64,000 nucleotides of DNA from Candidatus Omnitrophota bacterium (GTDB taxonomy: Bacteria; Omnitrophota; Gorgyraeia; Zapsychrales; JANLHA01), in NCBI GenBank assembly GCA_020632555.1, contig JACKFI010000006.1:11467-75466 (forward strand). Direction: 5' to 3'. The translations under genes were made by a program, and so were the position numbers. The notes beneath the pieces were generated by a model. The model did no database searches. It worked only from the letters and a program-made list of their open reading frames with translations, and had not been told where the DNA came from. Positions 9,938 to 19,513 of the stretch are shown here, piece by piece. Position 1 is the first letter of the stretch; every line of letters starts with the position of its first letter.

Positions 9938-10351
9938 ATGACAAAACAAGAAGTTATTGATTTGATCAAAGATGCTGGCTATGGCGTAATGAGCACAACG
10001 CAGGGCGATCAACCCAAAGCCAGGCCGATGATGCCATATTTAGATGAAGACGGAAATTTATTACTGGCGGTTTTGTCACATTCACGAACAATTAACCAAA
10101 TCAAAGCCAATCCTAAGGTTGAATTTTGTTTCATTGACCGCAAAATGAGCTTTGCCAGAATTAGCGGTTTGGCTAAAGTTTCAAATAATTTAGAAAAAAA
10201 GGAAAACGTTTGGAATTACATACCCATGCTTCGACAATATTTTAGCGGGCCAGAAGATGCTAACTTTGTTTTACTAGAAATTACAACAACTCAAGTTGAA
10301 GCCATGACGCCGCATCAAAAAGAACCGGATGTTTTATCATTAAAAGACTAA
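9938..10351 (+). CDS. pyridoxamine 5'-phosphate oxidase-like (split-barrel FMN-binding) family protein
   Basis: The size and the pattern GYGVMSTT..GDQPKARPM...L....HSRT..QIKANPKV are typical of the PNPOx-like family. Confidence 0.55.
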   Translation: MTKQEVIDLIKDAGYGVMSTTQGDQPKARPMMPYLDEDGNLLLAVLSHSRTINQIKANPKVEFCFIDRKMSFARISGLAKVSNNLEKKENVWNYIPMLRQYFSGPEDANFVLLEITTTQVEAMTPHQKEPDVLSLKD

Positions 10352-10483
10352 AAACAAGCATTTGATGAATCTGCAAGCCTCCCTTTATTGACTGCATAAT
10401 TAGTTTACATAACATATATTATAGGAAGTTGTTAACATGTCAAAATAACATGTTTTTATAAAAATATCGTGGCTGCTACGGGC

Positions 10484-10906
10484 TCACAGCACATCTTTAT
10501 CTTTCGTAACCAATAGACCATGTGTTGCGTTAACCAAATTCTTGATTTGCGGTGCGATGTCAACTCCAGGCCTTTTCCCCAGAGAATCGCGCGTAAATTC
10601 GCGCTGACGCACACCAATCTGAGCATCACCCATTTGTATCTTAATAATTTTCCCATTAACAAGAGCATCTGCAATCTTTCTTCGAGCCTCTCGCACAGCA
10701 CGACCAAAACTCGCACGAGATAATTTCATAGCTAAAGCACCTTCGCCCTGAGAAAACATCTGAAAATCAGTCAATTTTAATGCCTCAAACTCATCAATAT
10801 GCAAAACCACCTCCTCTGGCCGGCCCGGCTTACCCCGAGGACTAAATTGCCGCACCAACGGCATTTTTTGTATATACCGAACTTTTTTCGGACGCCCTTG
10901 ATTCAC
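10484..10906 (-). CDS. DUF134 (UPF0251) putative DNA-binding protein
   Basis: The N-terminus RPKKVRYIQKMPLVRQFSPRG...LHIDEFEALKLTDF..FSQGEGALAMKLSRASFGR...EARRKIADALVNGKII is the DUF134 pattern. GTG start is preceded by GGAGGTG. Confidence 0.7.
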   Translation of the reverse strand: MNQGRPKKVRYIQKMPLVRQFSPRGKPGRPEEVVLHIDEFEALKLTDFQMFSQGEGALAMKLSRASFGRAVREARRKIADALVNGKIIKIQMGDAQIGVRQREFTRDSLGKRPGVDIAPQIKNLVNATHGLLVTKDKDVL

Positions 10907-10996
10907 TCAACACCTCCATTTTCAAAATTCACCACAACCGCAACCTTGCCCAAAACCCACCTTTTCATTCAAGCAAGGGCCCAAAAGAACCGGCAG

Positions 10997-11050
10997 GTAC
11001 TTCTGAGCATGTGCTCAGAAGTACTATAGGGAACTTCTGAGCTTTTGTAC
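10997..11050. promoter_or_regulatory. operator-like palindrome plus third half-site upstream of the DUF134 gene
   Basis: GTACTTCTGAGCA-TG-TGCTCAGAAGTAC (10997-11024) has perfect 13-bp arms. It is followed by a third copy of ACTTCTGAGC (11033-11042) and GTAC (11047-11050). Confidence 0.45.
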
Positions 11051-11126
11051 AATATAATCATGTATTTTTATGAAGAGTGGGCAGATTGTTTACTGCACCA
11101 AGAAAAATCCTCAAACTGATGAATAA

Positions 11127-12188
11127 TTATAAACTGTGGAGGGCTGTGGTAATGAATCGAGAAAGTTGATGAACATCTTGAACAATATGCTCAGCAGCAG
11201 CGTCATTATTTTCACTTTTCGTACAAAGATTTAAAACTCCAATCACCTTCTCATCAACAACCAAAGGAATAACAATTGAATGCTTAATTTCAGGTCGTTT
11301 TAAAAATGGACGCAAAGCCTCATCACAATCTGTACCATTTATAAAAAGAGGCACCTTACCTTTTGCTGCCAAACCCGCAATCCCTTCACCCATTTTTATC
11401 CGAGCCTGCATAATATTCTTTTTCTTTTCTAAACCCCGCGAAACACGGATAGTAAACTCCTGGCTTTCATCATCAAAAACCATAATTGAACCACCTTGAG
11501 CATTCGCCATCTTGATCGCGCTATCCAAAATTGTAACCAAAAGCTCATCTTGTTGAATTTCGACAAAAATATCCTGCGCAGCATCAATAATTTCCGGACG
11601 CACAACACCAGAACCCAGAGCTACATTGTGCAGTTTTTGTTTCTCCAATTCCAACCCAATGACATCTTTAAGCACTTCCGCCAATAAATCCAAAATCGCG
11701 CCAACCACCGCAACGGACATCTGGGCAACAGAGTGAATATCTTCCAAAAATCCATCATCAGCAACAGCCAATTGCCGGGCTAAAGCCAAATATTTTTCAT
11801 CCGGCCATGGCGAAGAAAGCATCATTGGCCCAACAACTAAATAGAAATGAATTTGATCATCGGCGGGAGCAACAGGAACAGCAAAAACATGCAAATCAAA
11901 AGGATCTACCACTTGCAAATAGGCATCACCCTGCTCAAAATTTGCTAAAACAACACTATTCTGGGCATCCCAATCAAAAGCAAAAGTTTTTTTAAGAAAA
12001 GAAGAACCCAAACCACCTTGAGCACCTTTATTTCCCAAAGGCACAACAACCCTGCCAGCGGTGTCAACGATAAAAATATTAACGGCAAGAACATCTTCGA
12101 ATTGATCGAGCAAAGCACGCCATTTCTCAGGCACTGCTTGCATCACGCTAATCGAGGCATTGACAGCGGGATTTCCCATTGGCAACAT
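11127..12188 (-). CDS. GAF domain protein with N-terminal PocR-like sensory region
   Basis: The C-terminal half (GGSIMVFDDESQEF...GEGIAGLAA...VIGVLNL) is GAF-like. The N-terminal FIVDTAGRVVVP region resembles PocR sensor domains. No output domain is visible. Confidence 0.5.
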   Translation of the reverse strand: MLPMGNPAVNASISVMQAVPEKWRALLDQFEDVLAVNIFIVDTAGRVVVPLGNKGAQGGLGSSFLKKTFAFDWDAQNSVVLANFEQGDAYLQVVDPFDLHVFAVPVAPADDQIHFYLVVGPMMLSSPWPDEKYLALARQLAVADDGFLEDIHSVAQMSVAVVGAILDLLAEVLKDVIGLELEKQKLHNVALGSGVVRPEIIDAAQDIFVEIQQDELLVTILDSAIKMANAQGGSIMVFDDESQEFTIRVSRGLEKKKNIMQARIKMGEGIAGLAAKGKVPLFINGTDCDEALRPFLKRPEIKHSIVIPLVVDEKVIGVLNLCTKSENNDAAAEHIVQDVHQLSRFITTALHSL

Positions 12189-12206
12189 TATATACCACTT
12201 AACTTC

Positions 12207-12599
12207 TTAGACCAGTGTTTCAATAGATTTTTTATAAAAAACTTGTGCAATAACAATTGCCAATAACGCACCCAAAGCATTATTGAGCACATCATCAACA
12301 GAACAGGATCTTCCAGGAATATACTGCTGAACCCATTCGTTTAATATACCAAAAAGAACAGCAACCACAAATGCCGCGATTTGACGACGAAAATCAAAAG
12401 AACAAAAAGAAAACAACAATAAAAACGTCAAAACAGAATATATAGGAATATGCGCATAATTCAGCATATGATCAACAAAGGATTGGCTTATCCCAGAAAC
12501 TTGCGGAGTCGGCTGAGTAGAACTATACAAAACCAAAGCCATAAACAAACCAGCAAGAATTAACCAAATATAACGAGGCAAACCAAACGTCCCTTTCAT
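12207..12599 (-). CDS. VanZ family membrane protein
   Basis: About 130 aa with 4 TM segments and C-terminal ...NEWVQQYIPGRSCSVDDVLNNALGALL, typical of VanZ-like proteins. Confidence 0.6.
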   Translation of the reverse strand: MKGTFGLPRYIWLILAGLFMALVLYSSTQPTPQVSGISQSFVDHMLNYAHIPIYSVLTFLLLFSFCSFDFRRQIAAFVVAVLFGILNEWVQQYIPGRSCSVDDVLNNALGALLAIVIAQVFYKKSIETLV

Positions 12600-12607
12600 A
12601 AAGCAAC

Positions 12608-13003
12608 CTATAGACGTTTTTGAATAGCGGCAAAAATCATTTGAGATTTTTCTTTATCACCTAAAAGCCCAACACGAATCGCAATGGTTGCCGATCGTTC
12701 CGTCTTGGCCGTAATGTTAATATTAACATCCGTCCCATCAGAAAATTCCGCAACAATCTTAGCCGTTAAACGATCCCCCTTGTCCTCTTTGATCTTTAAT
12801 TTCATATCCCGCACCGCACGACTAGCCGCGCGGCGTAAATGTTCAGCGCTAACATTCACATCATTGGCAAGTTCACCTTTAACCCACGCATATCCACCAA
12901 CCCCTGCAGCTGCGCCAATAACCAACGGCACACAACCCGATGACATTAAAATAAAAGACAACAAAAAAAAGCCAGAAATTCCCTGTTTTGATAACTTTAT
13001 CAT
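12608..13003 (-). CDS. lipoprotein (DUF3568-like)
   Basis: Lipobox LMSSGC, a Gly-rich segment, then a pattern ending IRVGLLGDKEKS. Confidence 0.45.
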   Translation of the reverse strand: MIKLSKQGISGFFLLSFILMSSGCVPLVIGAAAGVGGYAWVKGELANDVNVSAEHLRRAASRAVRDMKLKIKEDKGDRLTAKIVAEFSDGTDVNINITAKTERSATIAIRVGLLGDKEKSQMIFAAIQKRL

Positions 13004-13030
13004 CTAAGCCCTCCCCTATTATGCAGCATT

Positions 13031-14311
13031 CTATTTTAAAAAAAATTCTTTAAGAGCATTGCCCAACTGAGCAAGATCATTTTTTGTGTGCGCGCCAGAA
13101 ATAAAAAACGCCTCTAAATCTGCTGGCGGCATATAAATTCCTTTTTCCAAAAGATACCAAAAAAGCTTTCGATAAATTTCATCATTGGCAGCTTTGCGGG
13201 CATCCGCATAATTCTCAACAATTTGATCAGAAAAACGAAAACTCATCATCGCTTTATAATGAGAAATCCGAACCGCAATAGCATTTTTTACAAAAAAATC
13301 ATTGAGCTGTTGAGAAAAAGTTTCGCATTTATCATTTAAAACTCGATAAAAATCCGGATTCAAAAGTTTTAGCGTTGCCAAACCTGTTCGCAAAACCACC
13401 GGATTCCCAGAAAAAGTCCCAGCCTGATAAACTCCCCCGAGAGGTGCCAAACAATTCATAATATCTTTTCGCCCACCATAAGCTCCAATCGGAAAACCAC
13501 CACCAATAATCTTTCCCAAACATGTCACATCCGGAACAATACCGTAATCTGATTGAACACAACCTAAATTGCTACGAAAACCCGTCATGATTTCATCAAA
13601 AATAAGAACGATATTATATTTCTTAGTCAAATCCCGCAAAGTCTTCAAAAATTCTATTCTCGCCGGGATAACACCCATATTTCCAGCGACAGGTTCAATG
13701 ATCACACAAGCAATATCATTAGCATACCGCTCAATTGTTTTAATCAAAACCTCAACATCATTATATGGAAGACTCAATGTATTCTTAAGATGACTTTCAG
13801 GAACACCCGCACTGGAAGATTGTGCAAGACTAGCAACACCAGAACCTGCCGTTGCCAATAAATCATCCGAATGCCCATGATAACACCCATCAAATTTGAC
13901 AATCATTTGCTTTTTCGTAAATCCCCGGCTCAAACGAATAGCACTCATTGTCGCTTCAGTCCCAGAATTAACAAAACGAATCAAATCAATCGACGCAACA
14001 GCATGACCAATAAATTTCGCACAATCAATTTCCGCACGAGTCGTTACACCAAAACTCGTTCCCCTCTCAAGAGTTTTTTTCGCGGCAAGAATGGCATTAC
14101 GCGGGCTATGCCCTAAAATCAACGCACCCCATGATAAGCAATAATCCGTATACGCATTCCCATCAACATCAAAAAGCTGGCTGCCTTTGCCATATTCCAT
14201 AACCAAAGGACTGCCCCCAACGCCTTTAAATGAGCGCACCGGACTATTGACTCCGCCAACCATCACTTTTTGAGCGGCGGAAAAATGTTCTATCGATCGT
14301 TTATGGTCCAT
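13031..14311 (-). CDS. hemL: glutamate-1-semialdehyde 2,1-aminomutase
   Basis: Full-length class-III aminotransferase with GGVNSPVRSF near the N-terminus and the PLP-lysine context (DVTCLGKIIGGGFP). It is adjacent to hemB. Confidence 0.9.
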   Translation of the reverse strand: MDHKRSIEHFSAAQKVMVGGVNSPVRSFKGVGGSPLVMEYGKGSQLFDVDGNAYTDYCLSWGALILGHSPRNAILAAKKTLERGTSFGVTTRAEIDCAKFIGHAVASIDLIRFVNSGTEATMSAIRLSRGFTKKQMIVKFDGCYHGHSDDLLATAGSGVASLAQSSSAGVPESHLKNTLSLPYNDVEVLIKTIERYANDIACVIIEPVAGNMGVIPARIEFLKTLRDLTKKYNIVLIFDEIMTGFRSNLGCVQSDYGIVPDVTCLGKIIGGGFPIGAYGGRKDIMNCLAPLGGVYQAGTFSGNPVVLRTGLATLKLLNPDFYRVLNDKCETFSQQLNDFFVKNAIAVRISHYKAMMSFRFSDQIVENYADARKAANDEIYRKLFWYLLEKGIYMPPADLEAFFISGAHTKNDLAQLGNALKEFFLK

Positions 14312-15261
14312 GAAAGAATCTCTTGGGTATGATAACTGATTATAATATCTGCGCCCGCACGCTTGATCGCGGTCAAATTCTCCAAAACAATATCCCGCTC
14401 ATTAATCCACTTCTTTTGTGCCGCCGCTTTAACCATCGCATATTCACCACTGACATTGTATGCCACAATCGGTACTGAAAGACTGTGCCGCAACAAACTC
14501 ACGATATCCAAATAAGCCAAAGCCGGTTTAACCATCACCATATCAGCCCCTTCAACAATATCTTGCTTGGCTTCTTTGAGCGCTTCGCGACTATTGGCAT
14601 AATCCATCTGATATGTCTTGCGATCTCCGGATGATGGTTTGGAATCAGCCGCTTCTCGAAACGGACCATAATAAGCTGAAGCATATTTGACCGCGTACGA
14701 CAAAATCGCTGTATCCTTAAAATGATTGTCTTCCAAGGCTTTCCGAATTGCGGCAATACGAAAATCCATCATATCTGATGGCGCAACAATGTCTGCGCCA
14801 GCCCCAGCATGCGACAATGCCATTTTTGCCAAGAGCGGCAACGATTTATCATTATCAATTTTTTCTCCATCGAAAATTCCGCAATGCCCATGCTTAGTAT
14901 ATGCGCATAAACAAATATCAGTCATAATTAAAAACTTTGGAAAATTCTTTTTCACCTGACGGATCATTTTTTGAACAACACCCGTTTCACTATAGGCGCC
15001 CCGAGCCAAGTCATCTTTTTTATTTGGAAGTCCAAAAAAAAGACCAGCCTTGCCGCCAAGCTTAATATACTTTTCGATTTCTTTTAAAAGCAAATCACCG
15101 GAAAAACGATAAATACCCGGCATCGACACAATGGTTTCTTTTTTCTTACTGCCCTCAATAACAAAAAATGGTTGAATAAGTTGATTAACATTTAAACGCG
15201 TTTCTTCAACCAAATAACGCATTGCTTTGTTTTTTCTTAACAAACGATATCTTGACATCAA
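14290..15261 (-). CDS. hemB: porphobilinogen synthase (delta-aminolevulinate dehydratase), Zn type
   Basis: Cys-rich zinc motif DICLCAYTKHGHCG and the active-site region VMVKPA. Confidence 0.9.
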   Translation of the reverse strand: MMSRYRLLRKNKAMRYLVEETRLNVNQLIQPFFVIEGSKKKETIVSMPGIYRFSGDLLLKEIEKYIKLGGKAGLFFGLPNKKDDLARGAYSETGVVQKMIRQVKKNFPKFLIMTDICLCAYTKHGHCGIFDGEKIDNDKSLPLLAKMALSHAGAGADIVAPSDMMDFRIAAIRKALEDNHFKDTAILSYAVKYASAYYGPFREAADSKPSSGDRKTYQMDYANSREALKEAKQDIVEGADMVMVKPALAYLDIVSLLRHSLSVPIVAYNVSGEYAMVKAAAQKKWINERDIVLENLTAIKRAGADIIISYHTQEILSWTINDR

Positions 15262-15300
15262 GTTTTCATCTCCTTTACGGCAGTCAGTATAATATAGCTT

Positions 15301-17352
15301 CTAATCCTGGACAAGAATTTCGGAAAGATATCCTTGCTCACGCAAAGACTTCTGAGTTCGTCGTCCTTTAGCCAAGATAGTCCACTGCGAAGGAATTTTG
15401 CCATAATCAGCAAGAAAGTTATGTACCGTTGATGGGCTGGTGAAAATAATCTGTTCAACTTCCTCAGATGGCAACTTGCGATATGGCGGCTTGGTATTTT
15501 CATAAACCACAACTTCGGTAATCGCAGCACCGGACTTTGCAAGCTGTTGACGCAAATAGGGATTTGTTATCGACGACCTCGGAAAAACAATCGACCGACC
15601 TTTCAAACAAAGCGACCTTCTCATCTCTTTAAACAATCCCTCGCTGGTTTCATCATGAGCGACCAAAGTTGCTGAAAAATTATAAACATTCAATTGTTTC
15701 TCAGTATCAGCACCAATCACAATAAAAATCTTTCTTCGCAAAATATCCAAAGAGAAATTTTGCGCGGCAAGAAATTCAAAGAAATATTTAACACCGCAAC
15801 GACTGGTTAAAAGAATAGTATCCGCTAATTTAACAGCTTTGATAAAATGCCTTGCGTTCTTAACTTTAACACCAGCAATGGCTATCATTGGAAAATGTAT
15901 CAACCGGCCCATCATATGATATTTTTCAGGATATGTTCCAAGATATAAAATATTTTTCTTTTGCTGGCACTTTGCCAAAAACAGTGAAACTGTTTGCCCG
16001 ACTATAATTAAAGCTGGCTGAGGCAAAGGATTTTGTTTCATTTTCTGCTGAATATTGGAAAGATCACCAACTAAAACTTTTTCATCAACCTGCGTCCCAC
16101 GCGAAATAATCGCAACTGGAGTATTCAATGACCACTGCCGCACAGACAAAGATTTAACAATCACATCCAACTTGGTCAAACCCATCAGAAAAACCAATGT
16201 CTGCGCTTGCGGTATTGGAATCAAATCCTGCGAATTCTTCAATTCAGACTGCCCATGTCCACTTAAAAATGCCACTGATGATGAAAAATCACGAGCTGTC
16301 AACGGAATCCCCAAGCTCGACGGAATCCCAGTCGCAGAAGTCACGCCGGGAATCACTTCAACCTCAATATGATAAGCTCGCAAGTATTCAATTTCCTCAG
16401 CACCTCGGCCAAAAATCAAAGGATCCCCCCCTTTAAGCCGCACAACCATTTGCCCCCGCATAACCGCTTCTTTCAAAAGCCGGGACAAATCTCTCTGGGA
16501 AATCGTTGACTCACCTTTTCTTTTACCGACATCAACTTTTTTCGCGGTCAAAGCGTAATCCAACACATTTTTATGAACAAGATAATCATAAAAAACAATA
16601 TCTGCTTTCCTAAGAATTTGCACACCTTTGAGCGTAAACAATTCAGGATCACCCGGCCCAGCACCAACCAAAAAAACTTTGCCATACTGACGGCGAATAT
16701 CAATGCTTGAAAAAATCTTTTCTGATTCCTCGTCGCCCTGACGCCCAACCACAGCCAATTGCCCCTGTAGCGGCGTTCCCTCCCATGGCAAAACTTCTTT
16801 AATCCGCTTGTGCAAACCCAATCGTTTTAAAGCACACGTCGCTACAATCAGCGCATCCATCTTGCCCGCATCAAGCAATTTTAAACGTTCTTGAATCGTC
16901 CCCCGAATATCAATAATTTTAAGATTTGGATTTATTGTTAAAATTTGCTCTTTACGCAAAAGACTACTGGTCCCAATACGACTGCCCTGCGGCAACTGAG
17001 AACAAGGACAAGGACCAACCAAAGCGTCAGTTTCATCTAAAGCTTTGGTTAAAGCAAAAATCTTTAACCCTGGATGCAAAACTTTGGGCACATCTTTAGC
17101 ACTATGAATAGCAATATCAATTGTGCCAGCCAGTACCGCGTCATCCAATACATCGCTAAAAAAATTGTCGTCAGAATTTTTCAATAAGGATGTTTTTTTA
17201 TCCAAATCCCCTTTTGTCGCAAAAGTTGTCAGCGCATACTGAATCTGTTTCTTTGCTTTCGCTAATAAAGCAAAGACTTCGTCAACTTGAACCTTCGCCA
17301 AGGGACTAGCACGAGAACCAACCTTTAAAATAATCTTTGGAACACTTCTCAT
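15301..17352 (-). CDS. tri-domain fusion: HemC-like (domains 1-2 only) :: uroporphyrinogen-III C-methyltransferase (CobA/SUMT) :: uroporphyrinogen-III synthase (HemD)
   Basis: Residues 1-222 align to HemC (GSRASPLA, HSAKDVP, GTSSL, IRGTIQERL). Residues from about 226 carry the SUMT motif VFLVGAGPGDPELFTLKG...VRLKGGDP. The C-terminal ~230 aa is HemD-like. Confidence 0.75.
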   Translation of the reverse strand: MRSVPKIILKVGSRASPLAKVQVDEVFALLAKAKKQIQYALTTFATKGDLDKKTSLLKNSDDNFFSDVLDDAVLAGTIDIAIHSAKDVPKVLHPGLKIFALTKALDETDALVGPCPCSQLPQGSRIGTSSLLRKEQILTINPNLKIIDIRGTIQERLKLLDAGKMDALIVATCALKRLGLHKRIKEVLPWEGTPLQGQLAVVGRQGDEESEKIFSSIDIRRQYGKVFLVGAGPGDPELFTLKGVQILRKADIVFYDYLVHKNVLDYALTAKKVDVGKRKGESTISQRDLSRLLKEAVMRGQMVVRLKGGDPLIFGRGAEEIEYLRAYHIEVEVIPGVTSATGIPSSLGIPLTARDFSSSVAFLSGHGQSELKNSQDLIPIPQAQTLVFLMGLTKLDVIVKSLSVRQWSLNTPVAIISRGTQVDEKVLVGDLSNIQQKMKQNPLPQPALIIVGQTVSLFLAKCQQKKNILYLGTYPEKYHMMGRLIHFPMIAIAGVKVKNARHFIKAVKLADTILLTSRCGVKYFFEFLAAQNFSLDILRRKIFIVIGADTEKQLNVYNFSATLVAHDETSEGLFKEMRRSLCLKGRSIVFPRSSITNPYLRQQLAKSGAAITEVVVYENTKPPYRKLPSEEVEQIIFTSPSTVHNFLADYGKIPSQWTILAKGRRTQKSLREQGYLSEILVQD

Positions 17353-17419
17353 AGGGAAAATATTCTAACACAGGCCATCTGAATTATTAATAACTATTTA
17401 AAGTCGCTCGGCGGGAAAA

Positions 17420-19510
17420 CTACTCTTCCAACATTTTTCGAATTTGCGGTAAAGCCGCGCGGGCCGCTTGCTCACCACGTTTGATAAGCTCCTCAACCTT
17501 ATCCAACTCATACCAATTGATATAACTCAAATCCGGATGAATGACAACATCCGCGGAACGAGCACTTTCTAAAGCAATGACATATTCAGACGCTTGCAAA
17601 GTTCGAACAATAATATCAGAAACATTAGGATTAAAAAGTCGAGCAAAAAATCTTCCGATTTTGATCATAAGATATTTTTTCGGTGAAGAAAAGAAAGTCA
17701 CCTGGTCATCAACAGCATTCTGCCGCTGTTCTTCCAAATACCCTTTCATAACCTGCTCTGGCGACTGCAAAACATTAACCGCAATGATTTTTTTAGCTCC
17801 CCCTTGAAGCAAAACATTTGTTGGCAATGGATTTAATACACCCCCATCGATCACCCATCGATCTTTCATCCTCACCGGTTCCATAACCCCCGGGATTGAA
17901 ATACTTTGCCGAACGGCATCCGCCAATGATCCCGACTCTAAAACAAGTTCCTCTCGACGTAAAATATCATAAGAAATAATTTTAAGAGGAATACGTGTAT
18001 CGTAGAACGTTTTTCCTTCTAAACCCCGGCTTTTGAGCCAACGAACGATCTTCTTTCCACCGATCAAAGCGGCAGGAGATATCACAAGGTCACAAAGCAA
18101 TCTTATCATTTCCGATTTCTTTTCAAAATCCCGAGCCAAAATTTCCAACCCCTGAGAATCTTTACCTGTCACCCAAAACGACGCAACCAACGCCCCCATG
18201 CTGCTTCCAGAAATCATATCAATAGGAATCTTTTCTTGTTCCAAGACCCGTAAAACTCCAATATGAGCGACACCCAAAGCGGCGCCGCCTCCTAAAGCTA
18301 ATCCCACTAAAACGCCGCTAATCTGCCGTGCAATTCGGCGCACTTCCATCGCATAAGGGCTATTGGGCCAAGGCAAACGAATCGTCAACATTTCACAATT
18401 TAAAACCGTATTCAATCCTTCAGGATTAATATAAGGAAACCGTGCATACACCGGGAAATCTATTTCATGGCTAATCTCTGAAAGATTCACTGGCGCGATT
18501 TTCTCATTGCTGGTCACAATCACTTTTAGAAAGTCAGGATTAAAATTTTCCTTCATTCGATCGGTCAGTTCAGTAATCATCAAACTAATCGCTTTAAGAT
18601 CATCAGGTTTATCTTTGGTCAGCAAATGAACAACATCCGACTGGGTCAATGTTTTAACAACAATCATATCTTTTTCCGTCGGCAGGTCAACAATCGCAAA
18701 ATGATAATCCGAAACCAAAGTCGTAACAAAATGACTGATGGATTCGACCAAAACCTGATCACCCGCTTCAAACACAACATTTAACATATCAACATTTAAC
18801 TGCCCTCGAACAATACTCTCCTGAAGCTTTTCATAATTATCAGCAATATCTCGCAATGCAACCGGTGGTTTTAACCAAAATGGAGCCGCGTCGTCATTAG
18901 CCATCGCTGGCTGATTCTTATCCACAGGATTAATGCTGACCAAAATCACTTTCCGATGCGTTTGTTTCTCAAGCTCCAATGCCAAATTTGTCGCATACGT
19001 TGAACTCCCAGTTTGATGAATTGGACTGTAAACGGCAATAATCCGATGCTCAACATTTTCCTTAGTTGGCAACATACGGCTACGCAATTGCGTTGACAGA
19101 GAATGGCTCAGCTCGACTCCTAATTGCGGCATAAACTTCAAGATATCTTCAAAATCCGCTTTATCAATTTTGACTATGGTCGAATCATTGATTGCTTCAT
19201 ATGTGGAGGAATGATTTTCATTCGTGAAAAAAGAAATTATCCCAAACGGCATTCCCCGCCGATAGAATTCGACATCGGTTTTTCTTCGCCCGCCACCGGC
19301 ACCCGAATAAGCTTGCACCCGTCCAGAAACCAAACAATACAAAGCATCTGGAGGATCGCCTTCTTTTCTAATAATCTCACCTTTTTTGAATTCAATAATA
19401 TGAACACGACGCGCAATGCGCTGTAAAGGATACCAACCCACATTCTTAAAAAGAGGAATTTCTTTTAAGAGTTTATACCTTTGAACGATGGAGATAACGA
19501 TGTTAACCAT
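17420..19510 (-). CDS. cyclic-nucleotide-binding domain :: degenerate ParA/MinD-like domain :: patatin-like phospholipase
   Basis: CAP_ED-like N-terminus (FKKGEIIRKEGDPPDALYCLVSGRV). The middle IIAVYSPIHQTGSSTYATNLA...FAIVDLP resembles MinD/ParA but lacks the Walker A GKT. Patatin motifs are GGGAALG, GSSMG (GxSxG) and DGGV. Confidence 0.75.
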   Translation of the reverse strand: MVNIVISIVQRYKLLKEIPLFKNVGWYPLQRIARRVHIIEFKKGEIIRKEGDPPDALYCLVSGRVQAYSGAGGGRRKTDVEFYRRGMPFGIISFFTNENHSSTYEAINDSTIVKIDKADFEDILKFMPQLGVELSHSLSTQLRSRMLPTKENVEHRIIAVYSPIHQTGSSTYATNLALELEKQTHRKVILVSINPVDKNQPAMANDDAAPFWLKPPVALRDIADNYEKLQESIVRGQLNVDMLNVVFEAGDQVLVESISHFVTTLVSDYHFAIVDLPTEKDMIVVKTLTQSDVVHLLTKDKPDDLKAISLMITELTDRMKENFNPDFLKVIVTSNEKIAPVNLSEISHEIDFPVYARFPYINPEGLNTVLNCEMLTIRLPWPNSPYAMEVRRIARQISGVLVGLALGGGAALGVAHIGVLRVLEQEKIPIDMISGSSMGALVASFWVTGKDSQGLEILARDFEKKSEMIRLLCDLVISPAALIGGKKIVRWLKSRGLEGKTFYDTRIPLKIISYDILRREELVLESGSLADAVRQSISIPGVMEPVRMKDRWVIDGGVLNPLPTNVLLQGGAKKIIAVNVLQSPEQVMKGYLEEQRQNAVDDQVTFFSSPKKYLMIKIGRFFARLFNPNVSDIIVRTLQASEYVIALESARSADVVIHPDLSYINWYELDKVEELIKRGEQAARAALPQIRKMLEE

Positions 19511-19513
19511 AAT

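Noticed and set aside
10352-10483. Repeated TAACATGT motifs (gttaacatgtcaaaataacatgttt), considered as a regulatory element or small RNA
   Set aside because: These are short AT-rich direct repeats without a convincing stem-loop, promoter spacing or adjacent start site. They cannot be distinguished from chance in AT-rich intergenic DNA.
15258-15542. 94-aa ORF bridging the hemB start and the 3' end of the fusion gene
   Set aside because: It is out of frame with, and mostly inside, the HemD-like C-terminus, with no motif. It is likely spurious.
17420-19510. cNMP-binding patatin protein as a CBASS/Thoeris-like antiphage effector
   Set aside because: No CD-NTase, cyclase, TIR, SAVED or other defence gene is adjacent. 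The neighbours are heme-biosynthesis and acyl-CoA metabolism genes. The sensor is a CAP-type cNMP domain as in housekeeping NTE-like lipases.
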